From NCBI GenBank assembly GCA_047495785.1, contig JBLDXI010000007.1, positions 372,001-436,000 on the forward strand: DNA of 64,000 nt. The letters are read 5' to 3'. The first letter of the stretch is position 1. Each line of letters opens with the position of its first letter. This DNA comes from Lepidodermella squamata. Lineage: Eukaryota; Animalia; Gastrotricha. A model generated the notes under the pieces. That model was not told where the DNA came from, did no database searches, and saw nothing but the letters and a program-made list of their open reading frames with translations. The position numbers and the translations under genes were made by a program. Positions 24,546-36,058 of this stretch are shown here, piece after piece.

Positions 24546-27500
24546 ATGAAAGCTGGTAAATTAGACTCAACGTTCGCGCTCTTCGATGCCGCTGAAACTG
24601 CTTGTGTTCGAGCTTTTGTCGTATCGCAACTATGTGATTTAGTCAGACAAGCGAATCACGAGAGGCCGTTGAATGTTTCACCGCTCAATAAAATTCTAAA
24701 CGCGCTAAGCGAACGGCTTTTGCTCTCCGGTGACAGTAAATGGGAACTTCGAATCGCCGCGAGTGAAGCGCTAAGCCGCGTTATCGAAGCTGCGACCGAA
24801 CGCCTCAGCAAATCGGACTCGCCTAAATTCAAAGAAATTTCAGTTACGCTGTCGAAGCCCTTCAATGTGCCGAGTTTGGACAATCTCAACGTGATTGAAT
24901 TTGTCCATAGCACTCTGCCGCTTTTGGCGGAGGATACCATCGAATTACCGCAAGAATCTACGGCGGCACCGTCAGCGGCCGATGCGGTCAGAAGTCACCA
25001 GTTGGAACTGGACAAAAGGCTTGGATTTGTGTTGCCGCATCAAAGAATCGACTCGCTTGTTCGATTAACATCAGAAGATCTGCCCGAATTTCAAATCTCC
25101 CTGCAATCGCCGAGCAGCGAATTGGCGAATAAAGTCAACCCCGTTCGTTACCTGGAACACGTTTCAGGCAGTCAAGATGACTCGACGAGTTTCGTTGAAT
25201 TGAAACGTGTTAAGGTGGAGACGAACGACGATGATAAAACAGCAGCGGCGTATTCGTTCGACTTGGAAGACAGCGAATTTTTATCCAGCGAAATATCGCG
25301 GTTATTTCTGCTTTTCAGCCAAAACGTGTTCAATCCGCTGTGGCAAGTTCGCCACGGCGCTTTGCTAGGCCTCAGGTCGCTAATGTCCCTTGCAATGTCG
25401 CCTATTCGAGATGTTCGGATTTCAGTTGAAAAATCTGCCGTAAACTGGCTTTCTACGTCAATATTTTGCGTTATTGTCGCGGATCGTTTTGCTGATTACG
25501 CCGCCGAGGAAGTAACTTGCCCTACCCAGGAAACAGCTGCTCAACTTCTAGTTTACATTGCCGCTGTTTTATCATCACCCGACAGCTATAACACAATATT
25601 TTCAAAATTGAAAATCGTTTTAACGGGACTGCCCGCTAAACATTGGAGCGTGTTGTTCGGCGCGTTGTCCGTGCTGAAATACGCTTCAGCGCTTTCGTCG
25701 CTAAATAACCCGAAATATTGGAAAATCGAAGATTTGCATTCGATTTTCTTCAAAGAGCTCGATGCGTTGTTGAGCAGCGAGCAGACTGAAGACGATGTCC
25801 GGTGTCTTTCTTGCCAAATAATCACTAACTTTGTGTCGAATTCGCCAAGTCTATTCAACCGTGAAGACTTCCACCGCGTCAAAAATGCGGCTCTCAGCTA
25901 TCTAGTCGATAACCCGGACGCGCCTAGTTCGGTGCGTTGCCGATATTTGAACCTTCTAGAGGTTCTTTTTTCGAGCGACCCATCTCATTCTTTGGTGCTA
26001 TCGACCCCAAATTTTGAGGTCGATGTTTGCCTGATTAAACTGCTGTCATTGATGTCGGATTTAATTCCACAAACTCGTGAAGCGGTTCTCCAGCTTTTCG
26101 GCTCGAAAGAAGTTCTGGTCACCCTGAGTGAAGGGTCCATTATTTTCATTGCTCATAGGTTGTTATTTCCAGCTTAATTGTTCGATTTTTCAATTTTTTC
26201 ATTTTTTTGCAGAATATTTTCTCAATTTCTAGTCGATCTCGATCCAATTGGTCTGGCTGAGGCTTACTCAAGTTGTTGGGCTGGTTTGTGCGGTCGGTTG
26301 AAATTCGAAGGCTCTGACCCCGCTACGTACCAGCCTGTTGTCGAGTTGCTCAATAAACTGTTTTGCCTCACTATGCAACATACTGATCTTGGATTCAAAC
26401 CGGAAATGTTCGCCTACTCGCCGGATGATATACCACAGTCCCATCGTCGACTCATCTATATGGGCGGTGAAGCTGTGAAAAGTAAGCGAATTTTGTTTGA
26501 AAGCTTGATTTTGAGAATTAAATGAAAAAATACGATGAAGCGCAACTAACCCGCGAAGTAAAATGAAACCGTCGAACTTTTCTTTTCTCGAACCATTTTA
26601 ACTTGAAATGTCGGAACCATCGGAATATTTGATGCATTTTTCGGCACCGCGAGGACCTCGACAAACTCGTCCGGCCCATATCGGCACGAAACTGGTGAAC
26701 GGAGATGAACGAATCGGGGAGGTGAACGGAGGGGCGAATTGAAAAGTTATGACCCCTCCGTTCACCTGTTTTGGTTCACCTCGGTTCAGCTTTTCTGGTT
26801 AATCTTCGTTCACCTGTATTCGTTCACCTACTTTCAGCTGCTGCTATTTCACGCTGGTTCACCATTGTTATAAAAGTCATTTTTTCATCTATGGTCGGCA
26901 TTTTATTGGCAATTGGCACAGGCACTAACGAAGGCACATATTCAAATAAAAATTGTAATCGAAATAAGAAGTTGAGCCAAATGAGTCGTCAACAACAACA
27001 TAGTCACATAGCGATAAGTCTATTCGGAGTCTGAATGTGATGAAGGTGAGCCAGAAGAATCGTCGACACCTGTTTTCGCGGATTTCTTGCGGACTTATGG
27101 GGACTTCTTCCGTTTCTTTGTAAGCTTAAAATCTTCGATTTCCGAACACTTCGTGATCATTTTCGACACTTGAATGCGATCGGGCTTGTAGAAATCGACG
27201 GCTTGATGTTGTTCAATCAATTGAATGGGCTTATCATCACGTAGGCTTATAGGCTTATATGCGTATACAATTTGTTTTTTTGTTGTTGTTCACATTGGCG
27301 GGATTTCTAAGTTTGGGCCAAATTGGCATCGCATCTTGTTGATTCATTTTCAAGATGAAAGCAATTGAGTGTTGGTGAAACCCGGTGAAGATCGACTTGT
27401 AAGCCATCTTTCCCGACTCATTAGAATTGTTCGTAGCTGGAATGAACTGGTGTGGCTGGGTTTTTATTGCCCCCTCGAACCATTTGTTCATTTCCTCATT

Positions 27501-30500
27501 ATCGATGTAATTGGTTTTGAAATATTCGATGAATTCATGAAATATCGACCAGTATTCCTACCAGAAGTCAGTAGCAACGAGCCATGCTGCTCGTGTTGAG
27601 CACAGCGGCAATAACCGTTAATCGCTGCGCATCTCATCGCGTAATTTGGACATCCGTTCACGCTCGGCTAGTAGCTTTTGCTCGGCGTTGCGCCCAGCAG
27701 TTGACTTGCTCTAGGTCATCACCAAACAATTCAACGATGGAAGAAGCTATTATTGCAGGCTTGGAGGAATAAAATGAGGAATAGTTGCATAAAACCGTGC
27801 TGGCGCCTTAGATAGTAACGGACCCACTCGGGGAACGACCTTGCTGATGGCATACATGAGGAGCCAACTTTGTAGAATGTCCATCGCCCGATCGCAGTTG
27901 ATTGTACGTGTATTTTTGAGCCAAACTTCCGATTTCGGCTTGTCGCCAAATATCTAGCCCAATAAGACTGGACAGCCGAATTTCCGTCATCGGCTTTGCT
28001 CGTGGGAAGAGCAAATGTATTGAAATGAATGAAACCGCTCTTAGTAGTATCAATCCAAAGAATGCCGTAGTCCTGCTTGACGTGATCTTTTGCTTTTTGG
28101 AAAGTAATGCTGATCGCAAAGTTTCGAATGAGAGTCAAATTCAACTTAATTTGCCGGCTTCGGGTCGTCAATAAAGTTCTTGTCATCATCAGCCAAAGCA
28201 GGGTCATCTTCGTCCCAGCCCAGATCTTCAGATTCTCGACTGACTGTTGCCCATCGATAAACGCACTCAAGTCCTCGAAGTCCTCCACCTCTCCGTCGGA
28301 TTCGTAATATTTCAGAAAATCCATGTTTCAAACGTTGAAAATTAAAAGAATGAAAAATCAATGTTTATTAGTTCGTTCACTGCCGCTTCATTTAGCGCGT
28401 ATTCTGACGGTTTAAGATAGTGTTATGATAAATTAGTCGCGTGTTCCGACGAAATAAATCAAAACCAGTCATTCCGATGGGTTAACTCATTTTCGTTGCG
28501 ATTTTTGTATTTCCGACGCTTTAAGTCAAAACTTTTTTCAAATTTTCAAACTTAACATTTTAACGTTAACAATCCTAAGTCAAAATGGTACGAGAAAATT
28601 AAATAAAGGTTAGATGCTCGATGATATTAGCCGAGTCCAAATCTGTCGTGACTCTTTTCAAAACGAATTATAGCTTATAAATACTTGGCTTAAATATGAA
28701 TTTTTATAATTTTTAGACATGGCGCCACCAGATAAACACCTGTTTCTCGTCAAATTGAGGCTGAAAGCGATTTCTCTAGTCGCACATCTCGTCGAAAAAT
28801 GCCTGTTGTCCTGTGGAGAGGTGCCCAAATCATTTTTCCTGGCAAAACTAGCTGAAATGCTGCAATTCTTCTCGGAACTTCGAGCTGGTTATCCGCTATT
28901 GGCCTTCTCAATTTTCCTGACGAAATACGAACATTTAACAGAGTTGCCATCGGAATGCAGTGACTGCATTTCCGAGCGTATAATGGGAATTCTTCAAGAT
29001 ATGACATTCACATTCGAAGAAACAATCCCGGTTATTTCGTTGATTCGTGAACTATGCCGCCAATTGTTGGAACATTTGAGAAATGCTCATATAACCTTAC
29101 AATTGCCCGAGCCACTCCTTGACATGGCCGCTTTTCTGATCGGAGTTTCCGTCGAGAGAAAACCGGCTGCTATTGTCGATGCTGTCGAGCAGCTTCAATC
29201 TCGACTTCGCGTCGCAATCGACGACTACAATAACCTGATTTTGAACATGGGCCGCAGAAGCCGACTAGCCTTAACAGCAGCCTGGCTCAGCACTACAAAG
29301 CTAAAATCAGCGTTACCTGAAAAACTCAACCCAATAATCCACCCGTTAATGAGCGTTTTACTCCTACAACCCGGCGCTATTGACGACGGGGCTGAAAAAT
29401 GTGTTGAACTGGTCGAATTAGCCGCAGGCTCTCTAGTCGAAGTCCTTAACAGGTGCCAAATGAAGGCGAGAACCCCGTCGCCCGAGGTTAAAATCGTGCG
29501 AAATATTCTGACAATTTCCATCCCGTCGACTCAGGTCATTTTCTGCCGTATCGCTGGGCAGAATCTGCGCGAGAGGCTTTTCGTCGTTCTCCCCTCGATT
29601 TTGAACATCCTTCAAACGCCGACAGCCGAGGATGAAGAGCGGGCGTTTTCTTTAGCCGAATATTTAGCGCCGTATTGCGTTGAGAGTGACTTCTCCACCT
29701 TAAAATCTCATGTTTTACCCCGAGCTGTTAATAAATTGGTGTCATCGTCACTTTTGAGTGAAGTATCCGCTGCGAGTAAATGCATCGCAGCTATGGCGAA
29801 ACGGTCCCCTGATGACGTAATGGCTATTGTCCTGAGGTCTTTAGGGACATCGGCGAAGTACAGCCAGGCGCCTGTTTTAGCCGCATCTAGTCTCAGTGAG
29901 CTCTTCTCAGATTCGCCGGCTTTGAAACCGTACCTAGTCCCGTTTGTTCGCCCGGTTCTCTCCGCTAGTGTTTCTGTGCCTAGGGACAGTAATTTGGTCC
30001 AGGATTCGAGTAGTCGAGAGTTGGCTGCGAAATGCTTATCCTCCTTGGTCTCACTCCTCGCAAATGATTCATCGATGGAACCGCCGTCACTGTGTTCCGA
30101 CCCTGAACTATTCAAAATCTGGTCTCAAAGCTACGATCTGTTAAGATGGCTGAAAAACCCTTCGTCTTTACCTCCCGTCGATATAAAATCACTGAAAGGT
30201 CTCAATAAAGACGTGAATTTACGCCACTACCAGTCTGAGGGTGTTACCTGGTTGGCATTCTTACAGCAAAACGGCTTGCATGGAGTTTTAGCCGACGATT
30301 TAGGCTTGGGTAAAACCCTTCAAGCGCTTTGTCTCCTCGCCTTGGACCATCAACAGGCGAAAACAAATCGAGCCTCCTTAATCCTGTGCCCGTCTACTCT
30401 CCTCCACCACTGGGAGCATGAAATTTCGAAATTTTTCGCAAATTCCTATCTCAGGCCGGTTGTTTACGCTGGGGCGTCTCAGGACCGGCGAAAAATTGCG

Positions 30501-32214
30501 GAGAGAAATAACGTCGACTCGAGTTTGATTATCATAACGTCGTATGAGGTGTTTCGACACGATTCTGCCTCGTTTTTCCTGACTCGCCAGTTTCGGTACT
30601 GCATCCTGGACGAGGGTCACGTGATACGAAACGCCAAGTCTAAGCTGTTTCAATCTCTGTGCCGGCTCGATTGTTCGCATCGATTGGTGCTAACCGGCAC
30701 CCCGGTTCATAATACGGTCAGTGATTTGTGGGCTCTTTTCGAGTTTTTAATGCCGGGTTACCTCGGAACGGCGAAGGATTTCGCGGCGAAATACGCAAAG
30801 CCAATAAGTGCCGCGAGTAGCCCGAAGGCGAGTGAGCGCGACATTGCCCTGTGCAAAGAACGTCTTGAAATGTTGCATCGAGCTACGCTACCGTTTGTTT
30901 TAAGGCGGTTGAAGAGCGATGTTTTGAAAGAACTGCCGGCCAAGGTTATCCAGGACGTTTTCTGTGATATGACTAGCCTGCAGCTGGAAATGTACCACCA
31001 TCTGATGGGCGGTGCTTTACAACGCCATCAAAGCCCGGAAATGAAGATTTCAGGCGAAGAGGGCGAGATTAAGCATGTCTTTCAACTCATTCGAGCGCTT
31101 CGCCTCGTTTGCAATCACCCTTGTTTGGTGCGAAAGAATGACGCGCAGCTTAGGGTGGCGAATTACTCCGGGAAATTTGCTGTTTTAAGGCGGCTTCTAG
31201 TCGATTTGAACATTTTGAACGCTGACGATGACAGTGAAAAGGGAAGTGCGGGCGATGCGGCTACAAACGGGTCGGATCTCGACCAAAACCAGCCGCAATT
31301 TCCGACTTCAGTCGGCGGTCACCGGGTTCTGTTATTCTGCCAGGAAAATGCATGTCTCCGCCTGATTGAGGACGCGTTTTTGACCCCGTTGTCCGGGTCG
31401 CTTTCTTGGCTTCGGATGGATTCGCAGCAAACCCCGGCCGAGCGGTTTCAAACGGCTGTTCGATTCAATTCAGACCCGAGTATCGACATTTTGCTACTGA
31501 CGACCCGCGTCGGTGGGCAGGGGTTGAATTTAACCGGGGCTGATACGGTTATTTTCTTCGATTCTGACTGGAACCCGCAGGCTGATTTACAGGCGATGGA
31601 CCGAGCTCATCGTATCGGCCAGCAACGAACGGTTCACGTATTCCGACTAATTACTCGATCCAGTATCGAGGAACGCGTCATGAGGTATTAAATTTTTTTA
31701 AATTAATAGATTTAATTTAAAATTTGAAATTTGAAAATTTTAATTTGTTGAAATTTAAAATTAATTAATTTTATATAATTAATTTTTTAATCTAAATGAA
31801 ATATCAAATTTTCAATTAAAATTAATTCATTTCAAAATTGAAAATGTTGAAATTTTAATTTTTAAATTTTAAATTTTTTTCAGTTTGCAACGTTTCAAGC
31901 TCAATGTTGCCGATAGTGTGGTTAATGCTGATAACGCCAATGTTCTGGAGTCGTTATCGGCCTCTGATCTGTACGACCTTGTTTTCGGCTCGGCGACCGG
32001 TGGCACTTCCCACGCGTCCTCTTCGTCCACCTCAATCGACGATGGCGATTATGAAAGCGGAAGTAAGGCGACTAAATCTTCGGCCAATTCGAAATCATTC
32101 AAAGAAGTCATTGCTGATCTGGGCGAGCTGTGGCCCGAGGAAGAATATTCAGCCGAATTCGACTTCAAAAACTTCCTGTCCCGGTTTTCGCAGCAAAAAT
32201 CTGAACCCAAATAA
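24546..32214 (+). CDS. BTAF1: TATA-binding protein-associated factor 172 / Mot1 (HEAT repeats plus SNF2 ATPase), 4 exons
   Basis: Exons 24546-26158, 26213-26481, 28717-31684, 31884-32214, all phase-consistent. WELRIAASEAL, WQVRHGALLGLR, DRFADY..ETAAQ, LPEKLNPII.PLM, LADDLGLGKTLQ, LDEGH, LTGTP, QAMDRAHRIGQ, LGELW.EEEY. Confidence 0.93.
26694..26862. repeat. Perfect 15-bp inverted repeat with flanking GTGAAC/GTTCAC arrays
   Basis: AGGTGAACGGAGGGG (26720-26734) and CCCCTCCGTTCACCT (26753-26767), 18-nt spacer; further (G/A)TGAAC copies to the left and GTTCA(C/G) copies to the right. Confidence 0.8.
27030..28324 (-). pseudogene. Frameshifted MULE-type DDE transposase remnant
   Basis: Pieces across frames: ILWIDTT (first Asp), ..ELFGDDLEQVNCWAQ (degenerate CxxH), FHEFIEYFKTNYI, IPATNNSNES (TNN..ES catalytic Glu motif); several stops and frameshifts. 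Confidence 0.6.
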
Positions 32215-32481
32215 TCTTATTATTCCCGCATAATATAACAACCTTTTTTCGCTATGGTTTACTGATATATAAATAATGCAATAAAACCAATGTTGAAGCA
32301 AAAAAATAATTATCCGGTACTGAATAAAATGATCGTTATTTGTGTAAAAGCATGCGTTTTGTTTTTGGCAAACTAAATTGAGCGTGAAACGAAGATGTAA
32401 CGTGCCTATCATCAAGATAGAGACTCGAAGCTGCGCCCTGATTCATTTCCACTAGCATTGTTTACAGATTTCTTGAATGAT

Positions 32482-34517
32482 ATGTCTATTACTTCGAATT
32501 CGATGATTGCTAATCCGGAGAATTTCCTCGTGAAAACCTGCTCGAGGATCAAGCTAGTTTTACAGTGCACGGCAGGTGCTGCAATAGCAACGTTTCTATA
32601 CATCATCCTTATTCTTGGTAACCTTATAGACCGCGTTATTTTTCGTAACTTGACGAAATTCCCGTTTCAGAGCTGCCGTGGGTTTTGCTAGTCAGACTTA
32701 ACTCTTTCTTGTTTTCAACTGAAACTCGACCGAAAACGATAGCTGATCTCACATTTAACCATCGCGAAACTGAAAATGACACCTGTTGCAGAACAAGAAA
32801 CACTTGTCGCCTTGATCAGGTCGCTTTTTGGCTTTGCAATAGGCTACGCTTAGCCAGCGATGAAGATTCTCAACTGAAGCGCGATGGCAACGATTTGCGA
32901 ACAAAGTGCGCAGTTTGCTGCTACTTTTCAACCTGCTTATGCATACTTGAGATTCCGTATCGACTTATCATTATTCTGGTCACCCTGCCATTTTCGATGG
33001 CTAAGACTCTGCCGACAATATGGCAGATGCTAGTCGATAGAAAGTGGAATCAGCTGGTTAGAAATGACCTTGAAATAGCGCCATGTTTCCCCAATATTTG
33101 TCCGTTACATGTGGACTACGACGATGGCTCGGAAATGCTGAGAGACCCGCAAAAAATTGACAGGGGCATTGGTGAGAATAAGAACCTGCAGAAGTGTCAC
33201 TTGTGCTTCTATTACCTGTTTTGTTGTTGGGCGATTGAGCTGCCTTATTTCCTAATTATTCGTCTTATCATTTTTTGCCTCTCTATAAACGATGGAAAAC
33301 TGCCGTCGATCTGGTGGATCATTTTCGGGCGAGCAAACAGTAGCAATGGCAAAAACTCTCGAAAAATCACGCTTGACTATCAAGTAGCTCGATTCCGCGA
33401 ATGGCTTGGTTGGAAAAGCGGGAACCTCAGAAGCACAGATCAACTTGCTAACGGCGAAGAGAACCCTTTGCTAACTAGAGTCACTTTATTCATCTACGTC
33501 ATATGCTTCGGTTGGATGTTGGAACTGCCTCGAATCCTGCTAGTCTACCCTTTTGCTTTTCTATTTTCCGGCGAATGGATCTTACCATCAATTTGGGACG
33601 TTGCTGTTGAACGGCGCCATCCTCTCGATTTTGCGTATAACAATGTTAGACTTGAACGCCTGGTCAATTTCATTCAGGAAAAATGTCAAGTTTCGAATGA
33701 GAGTCGAATTGGACTCCACAATTCCGCTTGCACAAGAGTCAGCCTTCCTTTATACTTCCTTTGGCTGGTCTGGTTGTTCGAGGTACCTTTTTATTGTATG
33801 ACTCGATTCACCGCATTCATGACGTCATCAAAATCGACTTCTGGCTCAATTTGGCAAATGTTTGTCCTAGGCAATTTTGACTCATTGCCTAACCGCTATC
33901 GGCTGGACCTTTTCACTGCTGCCGTGAGATCTGCTTTACATCTAACTCATCGCCTGCCAGCGGAGGAAGTTCTGAAAGGTGTTAATGAGTTGAAAGATTC
34001 GAGTGACAATTCAAGGCGCACAAAAATCGGCGTCCTGTTGTACTACATTTGTGGGCTATGGCTTCTTGAATTGCCTTATAATTTATTGTTCAGACCTATG
34101 TCGTTTTTAACCTCGTCGCGATACACCCTTCCAACGATTTGGGCCGCGTTGATTCAGAGGAAATGTTGCGAGGTCGTGGATAACGAGTGTAAACTTGCTG
34201 ATTTCTGCAAATGGATCGATAGCAATGCCGTTATGCCTAATTTACATCACGAAGGCAACCCAGCAAATAATGATTTTGTGGTCATTTTCAATCAACCAAT
34301 TCAATCTCCGCACGTCTTGCTCCAGGTATCTGCCCTCTATTTTAATACTCGGATTCCATTTTCCTATTTTAAATAGGAACTAACTCAATACGCCTATATT
34401 GATGAAACAACACCATCAGAGTCGCGCCTTTGTGAAAGTGACAGTCTGGATGACTCCATTGCTCGTAGGATGATCTTTTGCTCTCGGAACTCACCTGAGC
34501 GACCTTCAACTCGTTGA
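32482..34517 (+). CDS. Uncharacterised multi-pass membrane protein with six internal ~85-100 aa repeats, 3 exons
   Basis: Introns 32618-32670 and 34326-34376 are phase-consistent. Recurring motif ..Y...W.LE[LIV]P[YWRF]......F..S....LP[ST]IW. Start codon uncertain. Confidence 0.75.
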
Positions 34518-34993
34518 CCATTGGTTTCGAATTTCACCTATTCATCAGGAAATAAAAAGATTATTTTCATCATATAGCATATGGAAAGATATTGATTTCT
34601 ATGCACATCGCTGATGAATAACTCTCGAACAATTCCATGAAAATACGAGCTTCAACGATATATTTTGTTGAACCAAATCTTGATGGCTCACAAACAGCAA
34701 CCATTTCTCTGTCGTTCTCTAGTTCGTATCCTGCGAGCCTGATATTTTCAAAAAAGTACACAAATAATAAGCCGGCAAATTTCTGGCTTTGAGTGATATT
34801 TCGAGCGCCTCTGGCTGTCGCATTGCCATAATGTCATATATAGCGTGCTTATTTTTGCGTGGCGGCCAAACAAAGTTCTACCGCACTCCATGTTGCACGT
34901 TACATTCGCGCAAAACACTAAATAAATAAGCAGGACGACGGCGCTTGAAAACACTCTCGGAATTACCTTGTTAATTTTTTCCGCTGCGGAAAA

Positions 34994-35599
34994 ATGTCGT
35001 TTTTTAAAGGTTTTGCTTGCCTTCTTCTAACATCAGTCATTGGCGTGCCATGCGACGCCTTTAAATTGTTCCAGAACTCACCACCGCCGGTGTTCAAATC
35101 CGAATCTGAACGAGGCTGTCTCGACTCATTTGGCTACCTGTGCACCGAGGGCTACGGCAGCTTAGATCTGGCGATATTCCGCCAATACGGCGAGGCGATG
35201 TTACAGCCTGTTGTTTCGATGTGGTCCAATGAAACGCGACAAGCGTGGTCAATTCGAGTTGATACGGCCTGCATCCCGTTCAACGCCATACTCGAATGCA
35301 CGGAACGCAGTGGGGCGCGGCGTTGGTGGCACTGTATCAATAAAACTCTACTGCAACGAATTCTGAGCAAAAACTTCCTGAGCCAATGGCGGCCATCCGC
35401 AACGCCGAGCAATTTCGTCGACTTTTTCGATGCTCTAGCTGATCTGTGCGACGGCGATATGTCGCCAGATTTCCAGACGAAGACCGAAGGATTTCGACGG
35501 CTTGAAGCGTTCTGGCCTGCTTATGACCCCGGCCGAAAAGTGACGATTAGCGCAGATATTCGGGCCGAGGAAGAAATCGAAAGTTTACTAGAAAAATAA
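34994..35599 (+). CDS. Uncharacterised secreted Cys-containing protein (201 aa), intronless
   Basis: Signal-peptide-like MSFFKGFACLLLTSVIGVPCDA; six Cys in the mature region; AATAAA at ~35621 after the stop. Confidence 0.65.
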   Translation: MSFFKGFACLLLTSVIGVPCDAFKLFQNSPPPVFKSESERGCLDSFGYLCTEGYGSLDLAIFRQYGEAMLQPVVSMWSNETRQAWSIRVDTACIPFNAILECTERSGARRWWHCINKTLLQRILSKNFLSQWRPSATPSNFVDFFDALADLCDGDMSPDFQTKTEGFRRLEAFWPAYDPGRKVTISADIRAEEEIESLLEK

Positions 35600-36058
35600 T
35601 AACCCACCTTATAATGCTCAAATAAATTGGTTTATTTTCATCTCATTGCGTTGACGTTTTTTTCGGTGCTAATTAAAAGCCGGTGTCTTTTGAGACGATT
35701 AGTTGTGGCCTAGATTCTTTTTATTCAGAAATCGTCTTCCTTTGACAAGGTGGAGATGAATAGACTTTTTGAATGACGCAGTACAAGTATGTTGTATAAG
35801 AAATTAGAATTTGGGCAGAAATGCTAGCTTTTGACATACAAGTACCTGAGCTATTCGTGGAAAAATCAACGCAGGTGCAAGTGGGCGCGCGCCCCGTCTC
35901 AAAAGGGTGCACCCCTCCATCGCTTGATACGCTTTCACGGCGGCTGTCAATGTAAGTCCTGGCCTACGTCACATCAGCGCTCTAGAATCGCAGGCCTGCG
36001 CAATAAACTCATTTGCCAAAAAAACTGGATTAGAGCACTTCGGACTTCTAGAGAGAAA

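Larger units (their letters stand above)
26575..28605 (-). mobile_element. Decayed Mutator-like (MULE) DNA transposon inside BTAF1 intron 2
   Basis: Imperfect terminal inverted repeats: 26583-26604 vs reverse complement of 28577-28598 (20/22) and CCATCGGAAT 26617-26626 vs ATTCCGATGG 28471-28480 (10/10). Internal broken transposase-like frames. No target-site duplication identified. Confidence 0.65.

Noticed and set aside
31685-31883. Extremely AT-rich 199-nt stretch
   Set aside because: Ordinary low-complexity BTAF1 intron with canonical ends.
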